A stretch of 30,295 nt of DNA from Candidatus Eiseniibacteriota bacterium (GTDB lineage: Bacteria; Eisenbacteria; RBG-16-71-46; DASYSL01), in NCBI GenBank assembly GCA_046595725.1, contig JBKJOC010000189.1, positions 1 through 30,295 of the forward strand, in the 5' to 3' direction. The position numbers and the translations under genes were made by a program. This document shows, piece after piece, positions 1 through 10,900 of this stretch; the stretch's first letter is position 1, and each line of letters begins with the position of its first letter. The notes beneath the pieces were generated by a model. It saw only the letters and a list, made by a program, of their open reading frames with translations. It made no database searches and was not told the origin of the DNA.

Positions 1-13
1 GTCGTCCCGCAAG

Positions 14-1405
14 ATGCCGACCCTGCTCGCCCAGGGCAAGCCCCGCACGCTGGGTGGCAGTGCGCGGCCGTGGCGGGTTCGGCTCTACGAGCCAGAGGAC
101 GGCGGCACGAAGTATCAGGTGATGTTCCGCGCCCCGGCCGGCGACGGCGAGCCGTGGAAGCGAGTGCTGCGTCGCGCCAACTCCGAGGAGGAAGCTCGCA
201 AGATCTTCAACCAAGCTGAGGCCGCGCTCGACACCGACAAGGAAGCCCCGGCCGGTGCCGACGTCCGCGCCTCTCGCACCATCCACATGCTCGGCGAGGA
301 GTACCTCCAAGACAGCCGTGAGCGCGGCAAGCAGCCCCGGACCATGGAGGGCCGCGAGTCCCGGCTCAACGCCCACATCAACCCCACCATCGGCGACGTG
401 CCGGTGGCCAAGTGGCGGGTCGAGCACAGCCGCAAGGTGATGGAGAAGGGCGGCAAGACCCTCTTCTCCACGCGCGGCCGTGAGGACCTTCGCGGGCAGA
501 TGGCGGCGATGCGCAAGTTGGCGTGGCGACTGGGCTGGCTCGATCGTTCGATCGATCCGCTCGACGGGTTGGAGATTGGCAGGGCCAACGTTCTCCACGG
601 AGCAACGGTTCATTACGTCGACCCACGCCTGCGGCCCGAGACTCGTCAGGTGAAGGCGATGGCCGACGCCGCCGATCTGCTGTGCGGGCCAGACGGTACT
701 GACCCGCTCCTGACTCGACTCGCCCTGTTCGGCACGAAGATCCGGGTTGCCGGGTTTGGCGGGCTGCGCCTCGGCGAGCAGAACGCACTGCGCGCAATCG
801 ACGTGTTCTTCGAGCACGGCTACGTCCATGTCAACGGGGCATGGATCACGCCACGCAAGGCCGACGGCTTCCGCGGTCCGGTGAAGAACCACTCGCTTCA
901 TGAGGTACCGCTGCCCGGCTCGCTCCTGCGCGACGAACTCCTCCCCCGCGTCAAAGAACTGCTCGGCCTACCCATGACGGCGACACTCCAGCAGGTCATC
1001 AACGCCCAGGACGCCGAGCGCGAGCGCCGAGCGGCGCTGGCGGCACGACAGAAGGACAGGAGCCTCGCGTGGTGGAACTACCCGGTTGCGACTGAGGACG
1101 AACTGTGGATCTTCATCGATACGTGGACCGGCATGCCCGTGAAGCCTGAGATGCACAACGAGCGTTGGCACCGAGTCCGCTCCTGGGTCGACGAGAACGA
1201 TCCTGACAACGCCTGGCCAAAGACGATCGTCTACCGCAACCTCCGCCACCACGCCGCCACCAAGTGGTTCCACGACGAGCTCGGCGAGCCGTGGGAGGTT
1301 GTCGCCCAGTACCTCGGCGACAGGCTCACCACGGTGCTGAATCACTACGTGCGGGCAGGCGAGGACTCCCTCCGCGACTCGGTGGCCAAACTCGTGAGGA
1401 TGTAG
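14..1405 (+). CDS. int: Tyrosine recombinase/integrase
   Basis: GLRLGE (catalytic Arg), RNLRHHAAT (H-x-x-R-like box), YLGD...NHY (catalytic Tyr). The frame is open to base 2, so the true start may lie upstream of the window. Confidence 0.9.
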   Translation: MPTLLAQGKPRTLGGSARPWRVRLYEPEDGGTKYQVMFRAPAGDGEPWKRVLRRANSEEEARKIFNQAEAALDTDKEAPAGADVRASRTIHMLGEEYLQDSRERGKQPRTMEGRESRLNAHINPTIGDVPVAKWRVEHSRKVMEKGGKTLFSTRGREDLRGQMAAMRKLAWRLGWLDRSIDPLDGLEIGRANVLHGATVHYVDPRLRPETRQVKAMADAADLLCGPDGTDPLLTRLALFGTKIRVAGFGGLRLGEQNALRAIDVFFEHGYVHVNGAWITPRKADGFRGPVKNHSLHEVPLPGSLLRDELLPRVKELLGLPMTATLQQVINAQDAERERRAALAARQKDRSLAWWNYPVATEDELWIFIDTWTGMPVKPEMHNERWHRVRSWVDENDPDNAWPKTIVYRNLRHHAATKWFHDELGEPWEVVAQYLGDRLTTVLNHYVRAGEDSLRDSVAKLVRM

Positions 1406-1479
1406 GTGTCATCCATTAGTGCGACGACGCCTTACCCTCGGACTAGCCCTCTACCAGTCGACCGACGTGGGCTTAGTCG

Positions 1480-4284
1480 CTATCGCCCAGATGCGGCGCG
1501 GCGGGCCTTCCGGTCGTCGGCGGGGACCTCGCGGCATAGCTCGGCCAGATCACACTTCGTGCACTTGTCCTCCCAGACCGGGAGCCTGGGCAGGTCGTTC
1601 TCCCGGAGCGAGTCGCCGGCGTCTTTGATGCGCCCGCGGACGGCGGTGAGGAGCGGATCCTCGACGAGCTCGCGGATCGTCTTGCCTTGCTCGTCGAGAT
1701 TAAGCACCTCGATCAGGTCGGCTCGCTCACCGGTGAGCTCCTCATACCCGACTGCGTAGACGTGCAACTGGTCCCGGGTGACGTCCTCGTCCTGAGCACG
1801 AGCTGTGGACTTGAAGTCAACGATGGCCAACTCATCACTGTCGAGGCGCCTGACCAAGTCGATCCTGCCGTCTACCGTGATGCCCGGAGCGACGTGCACC
1901 TGGATCTGTTTTTCGCTGTGGACGGTGCGTTCGAGGTCGGCCCCGTGCTCATTGAGGTACCGCTCCACAGCCTTGATGGCAGCAGCTCTCAACGTCGCCT
2001 TCAACGCCGGATAGGCGTAAGGCGCATGCAGGTGTCGGTCCACTAGTTCCTCGGCCGCAGCTGCAGTCAGCAGGTCACCCTCCAGTGCGCGCTTATGTGC
2101 CTCGGCGAGAGCGTCGTGGAGTCCTTTCCCGTACCCGAGCGCCTCGTGCAGCGGCGGGTTGAAGCCGTAAAGGAACCTAAGCTTGAACTGATACGGGCAC
2201 TCGAAGAGGTACTTCAACTCCGAGAACGACAGCGTGACGTTCGGAATCTCTCGCTTCGCATGCGGCACCAGTGTCGGGGCCGGTGCTCCAGGATCCCGGG
2301 TGAGGAACCACGTCTGCCGGGCACAGTGATCGAAGAACGCAGAACGGCGCCCATAGAGGCGGTTGCCTGGAACCGGGGAGTACGACACAAACAAAAACTT
2401 CTGGGCACGGGTCACCGCGACGTAGAACAGGCGCGTCTCGTCCTCAACGGTTCCCCTGTAGCGATCAGGACCCGCAACTGCAGTGTCAGGAATGACGTGG
2501 AACAGGCCGAGACCGCCCTGGCGCTTCGCGGGAAATCGGTTGCTTCGAAGGCACGGAACGAACACGACGGGCCACTGCATCCCCTTGGCCTGGTGGACCG
2601 TCGAAATGACGACGGCGTCAGGCGCCGCATACCCCACGTCGGCATCGGCGTCGGCGTAGTAATCGGGTGCTTGGAACTCCAGCCAAGCAGTAAACGCCTT
2701 GTACTTCTGGGCGGGATCGGTGTTGAAGTAGATCGCCTCGAAGTCCGAAATTGCCTGGCTGAATTTTCCGAGTTGGTAGAAGACAAGTTCAGCGCGAACT
2801 GAGTCTCCCGGCACGGTGTCCTCGCGGAGTCGCAGTGCTTCGAGGAACTCGAGGTAGAGCCGTTGAATGTTGTAGACCCCCCACCTCTCCCCTCGATCGA
2901 AGTCACGGCCCTCGTTCAAGACCCTCATCGCTGCTGCCCAGTCGCCAATGGCTGGGATCAAATTGGCGTCCTCAAAAAGACTGCGGAGTGCCACTGCGTC
3001 GATCTCGGCCACGACATAGCGGAAGACCCCGACGATTGCCTGGATCTCCGGGCTCTCAAAGAGACGATTCAGACCCTTGATGACATACGGGATCTGCCTA
3101 CTTCTCATCTCGTCAACGAGGGGGCCAGCGTCCCGAGCGACTGAGCGAAAGAGCACGGCACAGTCGGACCACGAAAGTCCTCGGGGGTCGGAGTCAGGCC
3201 CGTCTGTGAACGCGACCCCGCGCATCGCCTGAAGGCGGTCGCAGATCCACGCAGCCTCGGCCTCGGGATCTGGGAACTCGACCGCGAGGAGGTCTCCGCG
3301 GGCGAACTCCTGATGCCCGGAAGCAACCATCGCCTTCGGGAGGCGTGCGCCCATTGGGATGAGTTCGGCTACCGATCTACCAACTTCGACGACACCCTCG
3401 CTAGATCGAAAGTTGTCGTCCAACGTGACCTGTCGGACCCCGGTGTATCGGTCCTTAAAGGTCACGATGTTGCCGACTTCGCTCCCCCGCCACTGGTAGA
3501 TCGTTTGGTCATCGTCGCCGACCACGCACAGGTTGGCGCCAAACTGCGTCATGCCCTTGACGAGTCGCTCCTGAAGCGGGTTGACGTCTTGGTACTCGTC
3601 GACGACTACGTAGCGAATGTCATCGCTGATGTGCTTCTGCACCAGGCGCGCTGCGTCGTCCTCGTCAGGGTCACCCTCCAGGAATTGCACTGCAAGGTTG
3701 ATCATCTCGGTGAAGTCGAAGTACGAGTTGTCATAGAGGAGATTCATGTAGTCCCAGTGCGACTTGAGCACGCCTGCCGGAACGAGTGACTCGTCGACGG
3801 TGTCCTCTCTGAGCACGCTGGTCGCCTGCATGTAGAGCTTCGAGTGCACGAATCTGCGTAACCGTGGCGTCCCAGCCGAGAAGGTCGGACATTCGGCGAG
3901 ACCAGACTTGCGGCTGTTGCGGTCGATGAAGAGCCGGTTCGTTATGTCGGTGAGGACAGAGAACTTGAAGGTCTCGGGCACAAGCCGTTGCACCAGGTCG
4001 AGGGCGTAGCCGTGCATCGTCCCGAGGTACATCTCCGCCATGCCCTGCGTGCTCACGGCCTCCAATTCCAAAACGGTGTGGATGCGCTCCTTGAGTTCGG
4101 CTGCGGCCTTCTCCGTGAAGGTGAACGCGATGACGTTGCGCGGCTCGACACCGGGCTGCTTGAGGATCTCCACGACCCGCTGGGAGATCACCTGGGTCTT
4201 CCCGGAACCGGCACAAGCGATGATCTGGAGAGGCTCGTCAAGGCAAGCAATCGCCGCGGACTGCGCACTGGTGTATTCAGTCAT
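1480..4284 (-). CDS. UvrD/Rep-family (SF1A) helicase fused to C-terminal PD-(D/E)xK nuclease with 4-Cys motif
   Basis: ACAGSGKT, VVDEYQD, VGDDDQTIYQWRG, NFRS, STVHQAKG, EETR-like ETRLFYVAVTRA; C-terminal ECPYQF...GRIDL...IVDFKS...CTKCDLAELC. Start moved to ATG 4284, which overlaps the upstream stop (ATGACTGA). Confidence 0.9.
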   Translation of the reverse strand: MTEYTSAQSAAIACLDEPLQIIACAGSGKTQVISQRVVEILKQPGVEPRNVIAFTFTEKAAAELKERIHTVLELEAVSTQGMAEMYLGTMHGYALDLVQRLVPETFKFSVLTDITNRLFIDRNSRKSGLAECPTFSAGTPRLRRFVHSKLYMQATSVLREDTVDESLVPAGVLKSHWDYMNLLYDNSYFDFTEMINLAVQFLEGDPDEDDAARLVQKHISDDIRYVVVDEYQDVNPLQERLVKGMTQFGANLCVVGDDDQTIYQWRGSEVGNIVTFKDRYTGVRQVTLDDNFRSSEGVVEVGRSVAELIPMGARLPKAMVASGHQEFARGDLLAVEFPDPEAEAAWICDRLQAMRGVAFTDGPDSDPRGLSWSDCAVLFRSVARDAGPLVDEMRSRQIPYVIKGLNRLFESPEIQAIVGVFRYVVAEIDAVALRSLFEDANLIPAIGDWAAAMRVLNEGRDFDRGERWGVYNIQRLYLEFLEALRLREDTVPGDSVRAELVFYQLGKFSQAISDFEAIYFNTDPAQKYKAFTAWLEFQAPDYYADADADVGYAAPDAVVISTVHQAKGMQWPVVFVPCLRSNRFPAKRQGGLGLFHVIPDTAVAGPDRYRGTVEDETRLFYVAVTRAQKFLFVSYSPVPGNRLYGRRSAFFDHCARQTWFLTRDPGAPAPTLVPHAKREIPNVTLSFSELKYLFECPYQFKLRFLYGFNPPLHEALGYGKGLHDALAEAHKRALEGDLLTAAAAEELVDRHLHAPYAYPALKATLRAAAIKAVERYLNEHGADLERTVHSEKQIQVHVAPGITVDGRIDLVRRLDSDELAIVDFKSTARAQDEDVTRDQLHVYAVGYEELTGERADLIEVLNLDEQGKTIRELVEDPLLTAVRGRIKDAGDSLRENDLPRLPVWEDKCTKCDLAELCREVPADDRKARRAASGR

Positions 4285-5239
4285 CCTGGGACTCAATGTC
4301 GACGCGCGGAGCAGTAGCCTCGTTCGCGATTCCGTACGGAACATGAACTCCGGCAATGTGCTCCGCGGCGCCTGTCAGATGGATGTCCTGGTCGTCGAAG
4401 AAGATGTGCGGACGGAGAACTTGTAGCACCTTGGCCTTCTCGATGCCACCGAGGAAGAAGGCGTCGTTCACACGAACGCCCCACTCTCGCAGCGAGTGGA
4501 TGGCGCGCTCGTGTGCGGGCGCACTGCGAGCTGTGACCAGCGCGATGCGCAGTCGGGGCCGGTACGACTCATCGTCCAGACGGCGCTGTTCCTCCAACTG
4601 CTGGATGCGATTCAGATCCGCGAGGAGCGGCGTCAGCAGCCCAGGCTCGAGCGCCTCCGCCCGGCGAGCTGTCTCATGCTCCATGTACTCATCGATGCCA
4701 TCGGATTTGTATACCCGCTCTGACGAGTCGTCGGCCAGCACACCATCGAAGTCGAAGGCGATCCGAAGTGTGGGATCGGCGTCGTCGTACTCCGCCTCCG
4801 AGGGAAGAACATGACCGGCCGGGAAGCCGGCACTGATGGCTGCATCCACATCCGGGCGGTTGCCCGAGAGGAACAGCGACATTTCAAGCGCACCGATGTA
4901 CTCGTACGGCGCAACCCCCTGCGTGAAGATCGCTCGAGTCAAGTCGAGTTTGTGCTCGGCAATCGAACGCATCACCCTCAGGCCAGTGTCGGCGTCGTTG
5001 CGCGAAAGAACGATGACCTCGACGACCGGATCCGCCGGCCGAAGGTCGTTCAACCGAAGAAGACGCTGGATGAAAGGGAACGCGACCCCCTTTGGGAGGG
5101 TTGCGGCGATGTGATCGTCCTGATATTTCCGGTACGCAAGCTCGCCGTGTTCCCGGAAGTAGGCATCCGACTCCGTGAGATCGAACAGTGCGCTCGACGC
5201 GACTCCGACGACCAGCCGATCTGAAAGCTCATAAGCCAT
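4277..5239 (-). CDS. 5'-nucleotidase, cN-I type (HAD fold)
   Basis: LVVGVASSALFDL, GVAFPFIQRLL, LRIAFDFDGVLADD, LVTARSAPAHERA, PHIFFDDQ are typical of the PF06189-like family. Confidence 0.9.
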   Translation of the reverse strand: MAYELSDRLVVGVASSALFDLTESDAYFREHGELAYRKYQDDHIAATLPKGVAFPFIQRLLRLNDLRPADPVVEVIVLSRNDADTGLRVMRSIAEHKLDLTRAIFTQGVAPYEYIGALEMSLFLSGNRPDVDAAISAGFPAGHVLPSEAEYDDADPTLRIAFDFDGVLADDSSERVYKSDGIDEYMEHETARRAEALEPGLLTPLLADLNRIQQLEEQRRLDDESYRPRLRIALVTARSAPAHERAIHSLREWGVRVNDAFFLGGIEKAKVLQVLRPHIFFDDQDIHLTGAAEHIAGVHVPYGIANEATAPRVDIESQDD

Positions 5240-5245
5240 GTCGGC

Positions 5246-7951
5246 TCACACCTCGAAGACCTTCATGACTTCGTCGCCATAGTCATTGATGACCTTCACT
5301 GCGATCTTGTTGCCCTCGGAAGGAGCCGGGAACGGCCGCGAGACTGTCTGGTAAATCGACTCCCACGCGTCCTCGTCGACGTCGACCTTGAGCGCCGTCT
5401 TCAGCCGCTTGTACGGATCATTGCCCCCGGTGAAGTAGCAGTGCCGAACGAAGAACGACTCACCGTTGTAGTCCGTGTCGATCATCCAGAGCGCGATCTG
5501 GCTGGTGTCGTTGCTCCGCACCTCGCCTGTCGTGGGGTCGTAAATGTCGACGCCCTTGAGGTCGACGACGTAGCCGTCGGTGGTCTTGCTGATGTCGATG
5601 TCCGGCTCGCCGAACACCGTAAAGAGGTTGCCGGCTCCCGTCTTCTTCAACTCCTCCCCCATCAGCAGGTCGGCGTTCATCCGGACCATCAGCACCGGAA
5701 GCTTGCCCAGCAGGCGCGCTCCCTCCACCTGGGCGAAGCCCTCGTCGGACGCCTCGACCGTGACCCCGTCCGTTTCCGTCACGTTTGTGACGTTGGGATC
5801 GAATGCGAACCCAAGGATGCAGAGCAGGTTGACGTCCTCGGCCTGGATTGCTTCCTTAGCTGCGTTCTTCACGTACGCCGCGCTGACCGTGCCGTACTGC
5901 GGCCCGACGGCGATACCGACACGAGACGGCTTCGCGTGATCGCTGCTGGGCACCTGCTCACCGATCGCCTGGATGTACGAGCCGGCGTAGGTCTCGAACG
6001 CGGCAAACTTGATCCTCTCGGCCTTAGTTCCGTTTTGAATGCCGGCTTTGGAGAGGTTGTCCAGGATCGACTGCTCGAAGTTGGGAGCATCCGCGTTCTT
6101 GGCAGCGTCGGCCTCTGAGGTCGGTTCGCTCCAGTCCGTGAACGAGAGCGCACGGTGCGGACTCAGCGACTCAACCGAGAAGGGCCCGGCCACTCGAACC
6201 TTTTTGTTGTCTTGAAATGGCTTGTCGTGAAGGCGTTCGAAGTCAGCATGACGCTTTATCGCTGCGTCGATCTGCTCGCGAGCCATCCCGTCCTTGATGT
6301 CGGGATTGTTCGCGATCGACCGGAGAGTGATGCGCTGAACCCTCCCGCACACGAATCCTTGTCGAATGTCGCCGGAGAACTGCTGGCGCGCGAGCACCGT
6401 CGCCGTCAACGCTTGTTCCTTCTTGTGCCCCTCTACCGAGTCGGAGAGCAAATACCACGGGAAGCGAGCCGACATCACCCGCTGCCTAGCCAGCGTAAGG
6501 GCCACCCGCGAGGTGTCGATGGTCACCCATCGCCGTCCCCATTGCTCGGCGACGTATGCAGTCGTACCGGAGCCGCAGGTCGGATCGAGAACCAGATCCC
6601 CGGGGTCGCTCGTCATGAGCATGCAGCGCTGGATGACCTTTGTTGTTGTCTGAACGACGTAGACCTTGTCCGCCATGAAGCTGCTGACGGTGTCGTCCCA
6701 GAAATTGGACGACGGGTATGCAGGAAAATCGTCCAAGAAGCGGACGTAGCCAACACGGTTGGCCGTCGCCTCGATTCGGCCTGCCATCCGCAGTCTCTGC
6801 ACGCCCTCACGGTGAGTCTTCCACTCACCAGCAGTCGGCAGAAACTCTCGGCCCCCGAGTTCGATCGGGAAGAAGCCGGTTCTGCCCTCGCGCACGCGAG
6901 GCGATGTCATGTCACCCAGGGCGTAGAGCATCGCGCCCTCGGGCAACGTTCCGGACTTCTCAGTCGCAGTGGCGGACCGCCGGGTTCCATCCTTGAGCTC
7001 GATTCGGTTGTAGGCCGATGGGATGAACGTGTCGACCCCCTTGCCCTCAAATAGCTGTCGATACTTGAGCGACCCGCGGTCCTTGCCGTACCAGACTAGG
7101 TAGTCAGTTACAGGCGACAAGTACTCCGCTGTTGCTCCACTTGTCTTCTTCATGGCAATCATCGAGACAAAGTTTTCAGATCCGAACACCTCATCCATGA
7201 GCGACCTGACGAGATGAACGTTCTCGTCACCGATCTGAACGAAGCACGAACCGGTTTCGTTGAGAAGCTCGCGTGAAGCAAACAGACGGTCGCGTAGATA
7301 CGTCAGGTAGGAGCCGATTCCGAGTTCCCAAGTGTCTCGGAACGCGCGAATGACCTCCGCCTCGCGGGTCGCGTCAACACGGGCGCCATCCTTAACGTTT
7401 TTGTTTCGCGTTGAGGCTTGCCAGTTGGAGCCGAACTTGATGCCATACGGCGGGTCAATGTAGACCATCTGGACTTTCCCACGGAGCTTCTCCCGCTCGG
7501 CGAGGGACGCCATGACCTGGAGGCTGTCTCCCAGGATCATTCGGTTCGACCAGTTGGCGTCATGCTCGTAGAACTCGATTTGCTGTAGGTCGTCGAGGCC
7601 GTCGAACGAGTCGAACAGCGTGAGCTCTGGCTCGTCCTCTGGACGTTGGGCCGTCCGGCGAAGGTTCTCGATTAGCACGCGCGGATCGATCTTCTCCTGG
7701 ATGTAGATCGGTGGCGCATCCGCGACCAGAGCGTCGTCGTACCCCTCAAGCTCGTCGGACTTGGGGTACTTGCCACGCCACACCAACTGGGGGTCGAGCG
7801 TCTCGTCGCGCGCATAGCGGACCTGTCGGATCTCCTCCAGGACGGCACTGTCGTGGAAGTCGACGGTGTCTGCTGTGGGGATGTTGGTCCGCTTCTCGTC
7901 GTGGGTGATCGAGTTGACGGGGGTTGGGCCCTTGGAGGTGTTACGCGCCAC
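5246..7951 (-). CDS. mod: Type III restriction-modification adenine methyltransferase (Mod)
   Basis: YIDPPYG catalytic motif precedes DPTCGSGTT SAM-binding motif (beta order). Probable GTG start at 7951 with AGGAG upstream; ORF track start is 8005. Confidence 0.9.
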   Translation of the reverse strand: MARNTSKGPTPVNSITHDEKRTNIPTADTVDFHDSAVLEEIRQVRYARDETLDPQLVWRGKYPKSDELEGYDDALVADAPPIYIQEKIDPRVLIENLRRTAQRPEDEPELTLFDSFDGLDDLQQIEFYEHDANWSNRMILGDSLQVMASLAEREKLRGKVQMVYIDPPYGIKFGSNWQASTRNKNVKDGARVDATREAEVIRAFRDTWELGIGSYLTYLRDRLFASRELLNETGSCFVQIGDENVHLVRSLMDEVFGSENFVSMIAMKKTSGATAEYLSPVTDYLVWYGKDRGSLKYRQLFEGKGVDTFIPSAYNRIELKDGTRRSATATEKSGTLPEGAMLYALGDMTSPRVREGRTGFFPIELGGREFLPTAGEWKTHREGVQRLRMAGRIEATANRVGYVRFLDDFPAYPSSNFWDDTVSSFMADKVYVVQTTTKVIQRCMLMTSDPGDLVLDPTCGSGTTAYVAEQWGRRWVTIDTSRVALTLARQRVMSARFPWYLLSDSVEGHKKEQALTATVLARQQFSGDIRQGFVCGRVQRITLRSIANNPDIKDGMAREQIDAAIKRHADFERLHDKPFQDNKKVRVAGPFSVESLSPHRALSFTDWSEPTSEADAAKNADAPNFEQSILDNLSKAGIQNGTKAERIKFAAFETYAGSYIQAIGEQVPSSDHAKPSRVGIAVGPQYGTVSAAYVKNAAKEAIQAEDVNLLCILGFAFDPNVTNVTETDGVTVEASDEGFAQVEGARLLGKLPVLMVRMNADLLMGEELKKTGAGNLFTVFGEPDIDISKTTDGYVVDLKGVDIYDPTTGEVRSNDTSQIALWMIDTDYNGESFFVRHCYFTGGNDPYKRLKTALKVDVDEDAWESIYQTVSRPFPAPSEGNKIAVKVINDYGDEVMKVFEV

Positions 7952-10900
7952 GAGCGCTCCTATCTGCGTGCGTCTCGTCGAAGTCGAGGAGTTCGGGGTC
8001 GCCAATGATCGGCTGGTCGTCGTACAGAGCCTGGATCGCCTCGGCTATCCGGACCTTGAAGCTGTTGGGGTCGGTCATCTCGATGTAGCCCCAGCGTCCG
8101 TAGCCGCCCTGATTGTTGACCGCGGTGCACCAGGAGTCGCGGGCAGTGGTCGCCTTCTGTTGGGTCGGCCCGGGGCTCTTCTGACTGCCCGACACCTCGA
8201 TGATCAGAGTGCGCTCCACGTCAGATTCGTCATGCTTGACTAGGCGCACCAGGAAATCTGGGATGTAGGAGTGACTACGGCCCTTGTGGACATACGGGAT
8301 TGAGAAGCCGAGGTGGTCGTTCTTGACGAAGGCATGCACGTTCTTGTTCAGCTCGAGCTCGCTGGCCATGAGCTGCTCCCATGTGTTGCCGTCTTTGCCA
8401 TCGAGGGTGACATGGGACACCTCGGACTTCTCGGTTGTGACCACGCGCTTCCGAGTGATGAAGTCAACCTCGCCGGTGGAGCCCTCAGGATCGAAGCGGT
8501 TGATCATCGGCCGCAGCCGCTCGCGACGATTCCCGACGTGCCGAGTGATGGCGTTCCACACCTGCTCGGCCGCCAGCACCCGGGCCTCGGTGATGGTCAT
8601 CAGGTAACCAAGGCTGTAGTCGCCCTTGAGTTCGACGCGCTGCTCGATCCAGTCCTGGCAGATCTGCACGAGCTTCGGGAACAGCCAGGGCCTCTTGTCG
8701 CCCGCTGTCGTGAATTGCTCGTCAAGGATGCGCTTGGCGAGCTCGAATGCGACCTGCTTGGGCCGGTACTGCGTCGGGTCGCCGTCTTCAAGCTCTCGCT
8801 GCCCGACGACGCCACCCATCTCAACCCAGGTTGGCACCGTGTTCGGGCCGATCTCGAAAACCGGAGCGTTCTCCAGGTCGAGCCAGATGTCCTCGTCGGG
8901 GAGCTCGACCCGATATCCGTCGAGCTTCGGGAAGCCGATCCGCAGGTGCTCGCGTCCTTCGAGTGCACACACTTCGATCGATGGCTTGGGCGGGGCCGGG
9001 TCGACGATGGGCTTGTCGCTCGAGATGAACTGGAAGGGGATGCCGTAGACGTTGGCGTACTCCGGTTCGAAGTACCCGTCGTCGTTGGTCGCATAGTTGC
9101 GGCGCCGCAAACCACGTCCGACGACCTGCTCGCATAGCAGCTGGCTGCCGAAGGCTCGGACTCCGAGGATGTGGGTGACCGTGTTGGCGTCCCAACCTTC
9201 GGTGAGCATCGAGACACTGACAACGCAGCGGACGTCTGCGCCGAGCTTGCCCTTCTTCCCGACGGTGTTCATGACCTCGCGGAGAAGATCTTCATCGCTG
9301 AGCTTCTCGGCATCAGCGCCGGGGTTGCGCTGGCGGTACTCGGCCTTGAATTTGGCGATTTCGAGACCGGCAGCCTTCTTGAAGTCGTCCTTGAGCGCCT
9401 CACCGGATTCAAGCTGCGCTGAGTCGATAAGGATGCTGAAAGGACGCGCGACGGGCTGGCCATCGACGACGTTGCTGAACAGCGGAAGGTTGCCTGCCTT
9501 ATGCGCGAGGATCTCGCCGTCTTCGACGATCGCCTCCCCAGCGATCCAGTCGTAGACGAGCTTGCTCACCACGGTGTTGGGACAGACCACAATGAAGACG
9601 GGCGGGGTCTCGCCGTACTCCCTGAGTTCGGTCTGCCAATGCCGATAGGCCTTCTCGTAGCTACGGTACAAACTTCGTAGCGCGCCTTCGAGCTCCTTCG
9701 GCGGCAGCCAGTCCTTAACCGTGTCCTTGGCTGCGCGCTTCGGAAGGAGCGTTCCGACGTAGTCCCACAGCCGCAGGTACGTGACTAGGTCCTCGTCAGC
9801 GTCGTCGTCGACCGGGGTCCTGGGGACCTTCACGATGCCGGCCTCGATCGCATCCATCAGGGAGAAGTCGCTGACGGTCCACGGGTAGATGTAACCCTCG
9901 TTGTATCCACTGCCCGACAGGTAGAACGGGGTCGCCGAAAGGTCCCAAATCTGCTTGATCCCGGTCTGCTTGGCGATCGCCTGCAGTCCTGAGAACCAGA
10001 CACCGGCTTTCTCGTTCTCCTCCGCCTGTTCTTTGGCTACCTTCTCGCCAGTCTGGATTGGGCGGGCGAGGTAGCAGTGATGCGCCTCGTCGTTGAGGAC
10101 CATGATTTGCTGCTTGTCAGTACCCAGATCCCGAAGCACGCGGCTGACCATCGCCTGGGGCGTTTCCTTGAAGGGGTCGCCCTTCCTGTCGCCCTTGAGG
10201 AGGAGTCGCGTGTTTTTAGCGACGCCCTTAATCTCCTTGGCGTCTCGGAGCATGAAGGAGTGATAGTTGGTGATCACGATGCGCGCGCTGTCGAGCCCGC
10301 CCTTGAGGTCCGACGGGACCAGATCACGCAGGTCGTAATAGTTCTCGCTGTCTTCGGGGAAGAGAACGCGCAGCCGGTCTCGGATGGTGATGCCAGGTGC
10401 CACGATCAGGAACCGGTTGGTGAAGCGGGCATCACGAGGCGCGTACTGCTTGTTCAGGGTCTGCCACGCGATGAGCATGGCCATCACGATGGTCTTGCCC
10501 GAGCCGGTGGCCATCTTTAGAGCGGCACGTGGCAGTCCGTTGTTGTGGGCTTCGTTCTCCGGCTCAAGGCGCTTGCGCCAGTCCGTCGGCCACTCCTTCC
10601 GGCCCGCGACTTCGGTGAGGAAAATCGCCGTCTCAGCCGCCTCGCGTTGAGCGAAGATGACCCGATTCTCCCGGGTCGGGTCGGCCCAGTGCTGAAGAAG
10701 CTTGCGGGAGATTGGGGTCACGCCGGCGTACTGACCGTCGCGGCGCCACCTATCCACATCGCGGCGGATGTCGTTGATCAGGCTGTTCTTCTCGCGGCGC
10801 TCATGCGTCGCGTCGAAGTCGAAGCCCTCCTGCTCGGAGCCGTCCCCGCCCTTCTTGCCCTTGCGACTGACCGCGATCGGAATGAACGACTCGCTCGGCC

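Noticed and set aside
1441-1478. GACTAGCCC / GGGCTTAGTC imperfect inverted repeat between int and the helicase
   Set aside because: Short, bulged stem with a long loop; too weak to call a terminator.
1480-5239. Gabija
   Set aside because: A UvrD helicase is present but there is no OLD/TOPRIM nuclease (GajA), and the helicase has its own nuclease domain.
5246-8005. Phase-variable simple-sequence repeat in mod (phasevarion)
   Set aside because: No tandem repeat tract seen in the 5' region or body, and the frame is intact.
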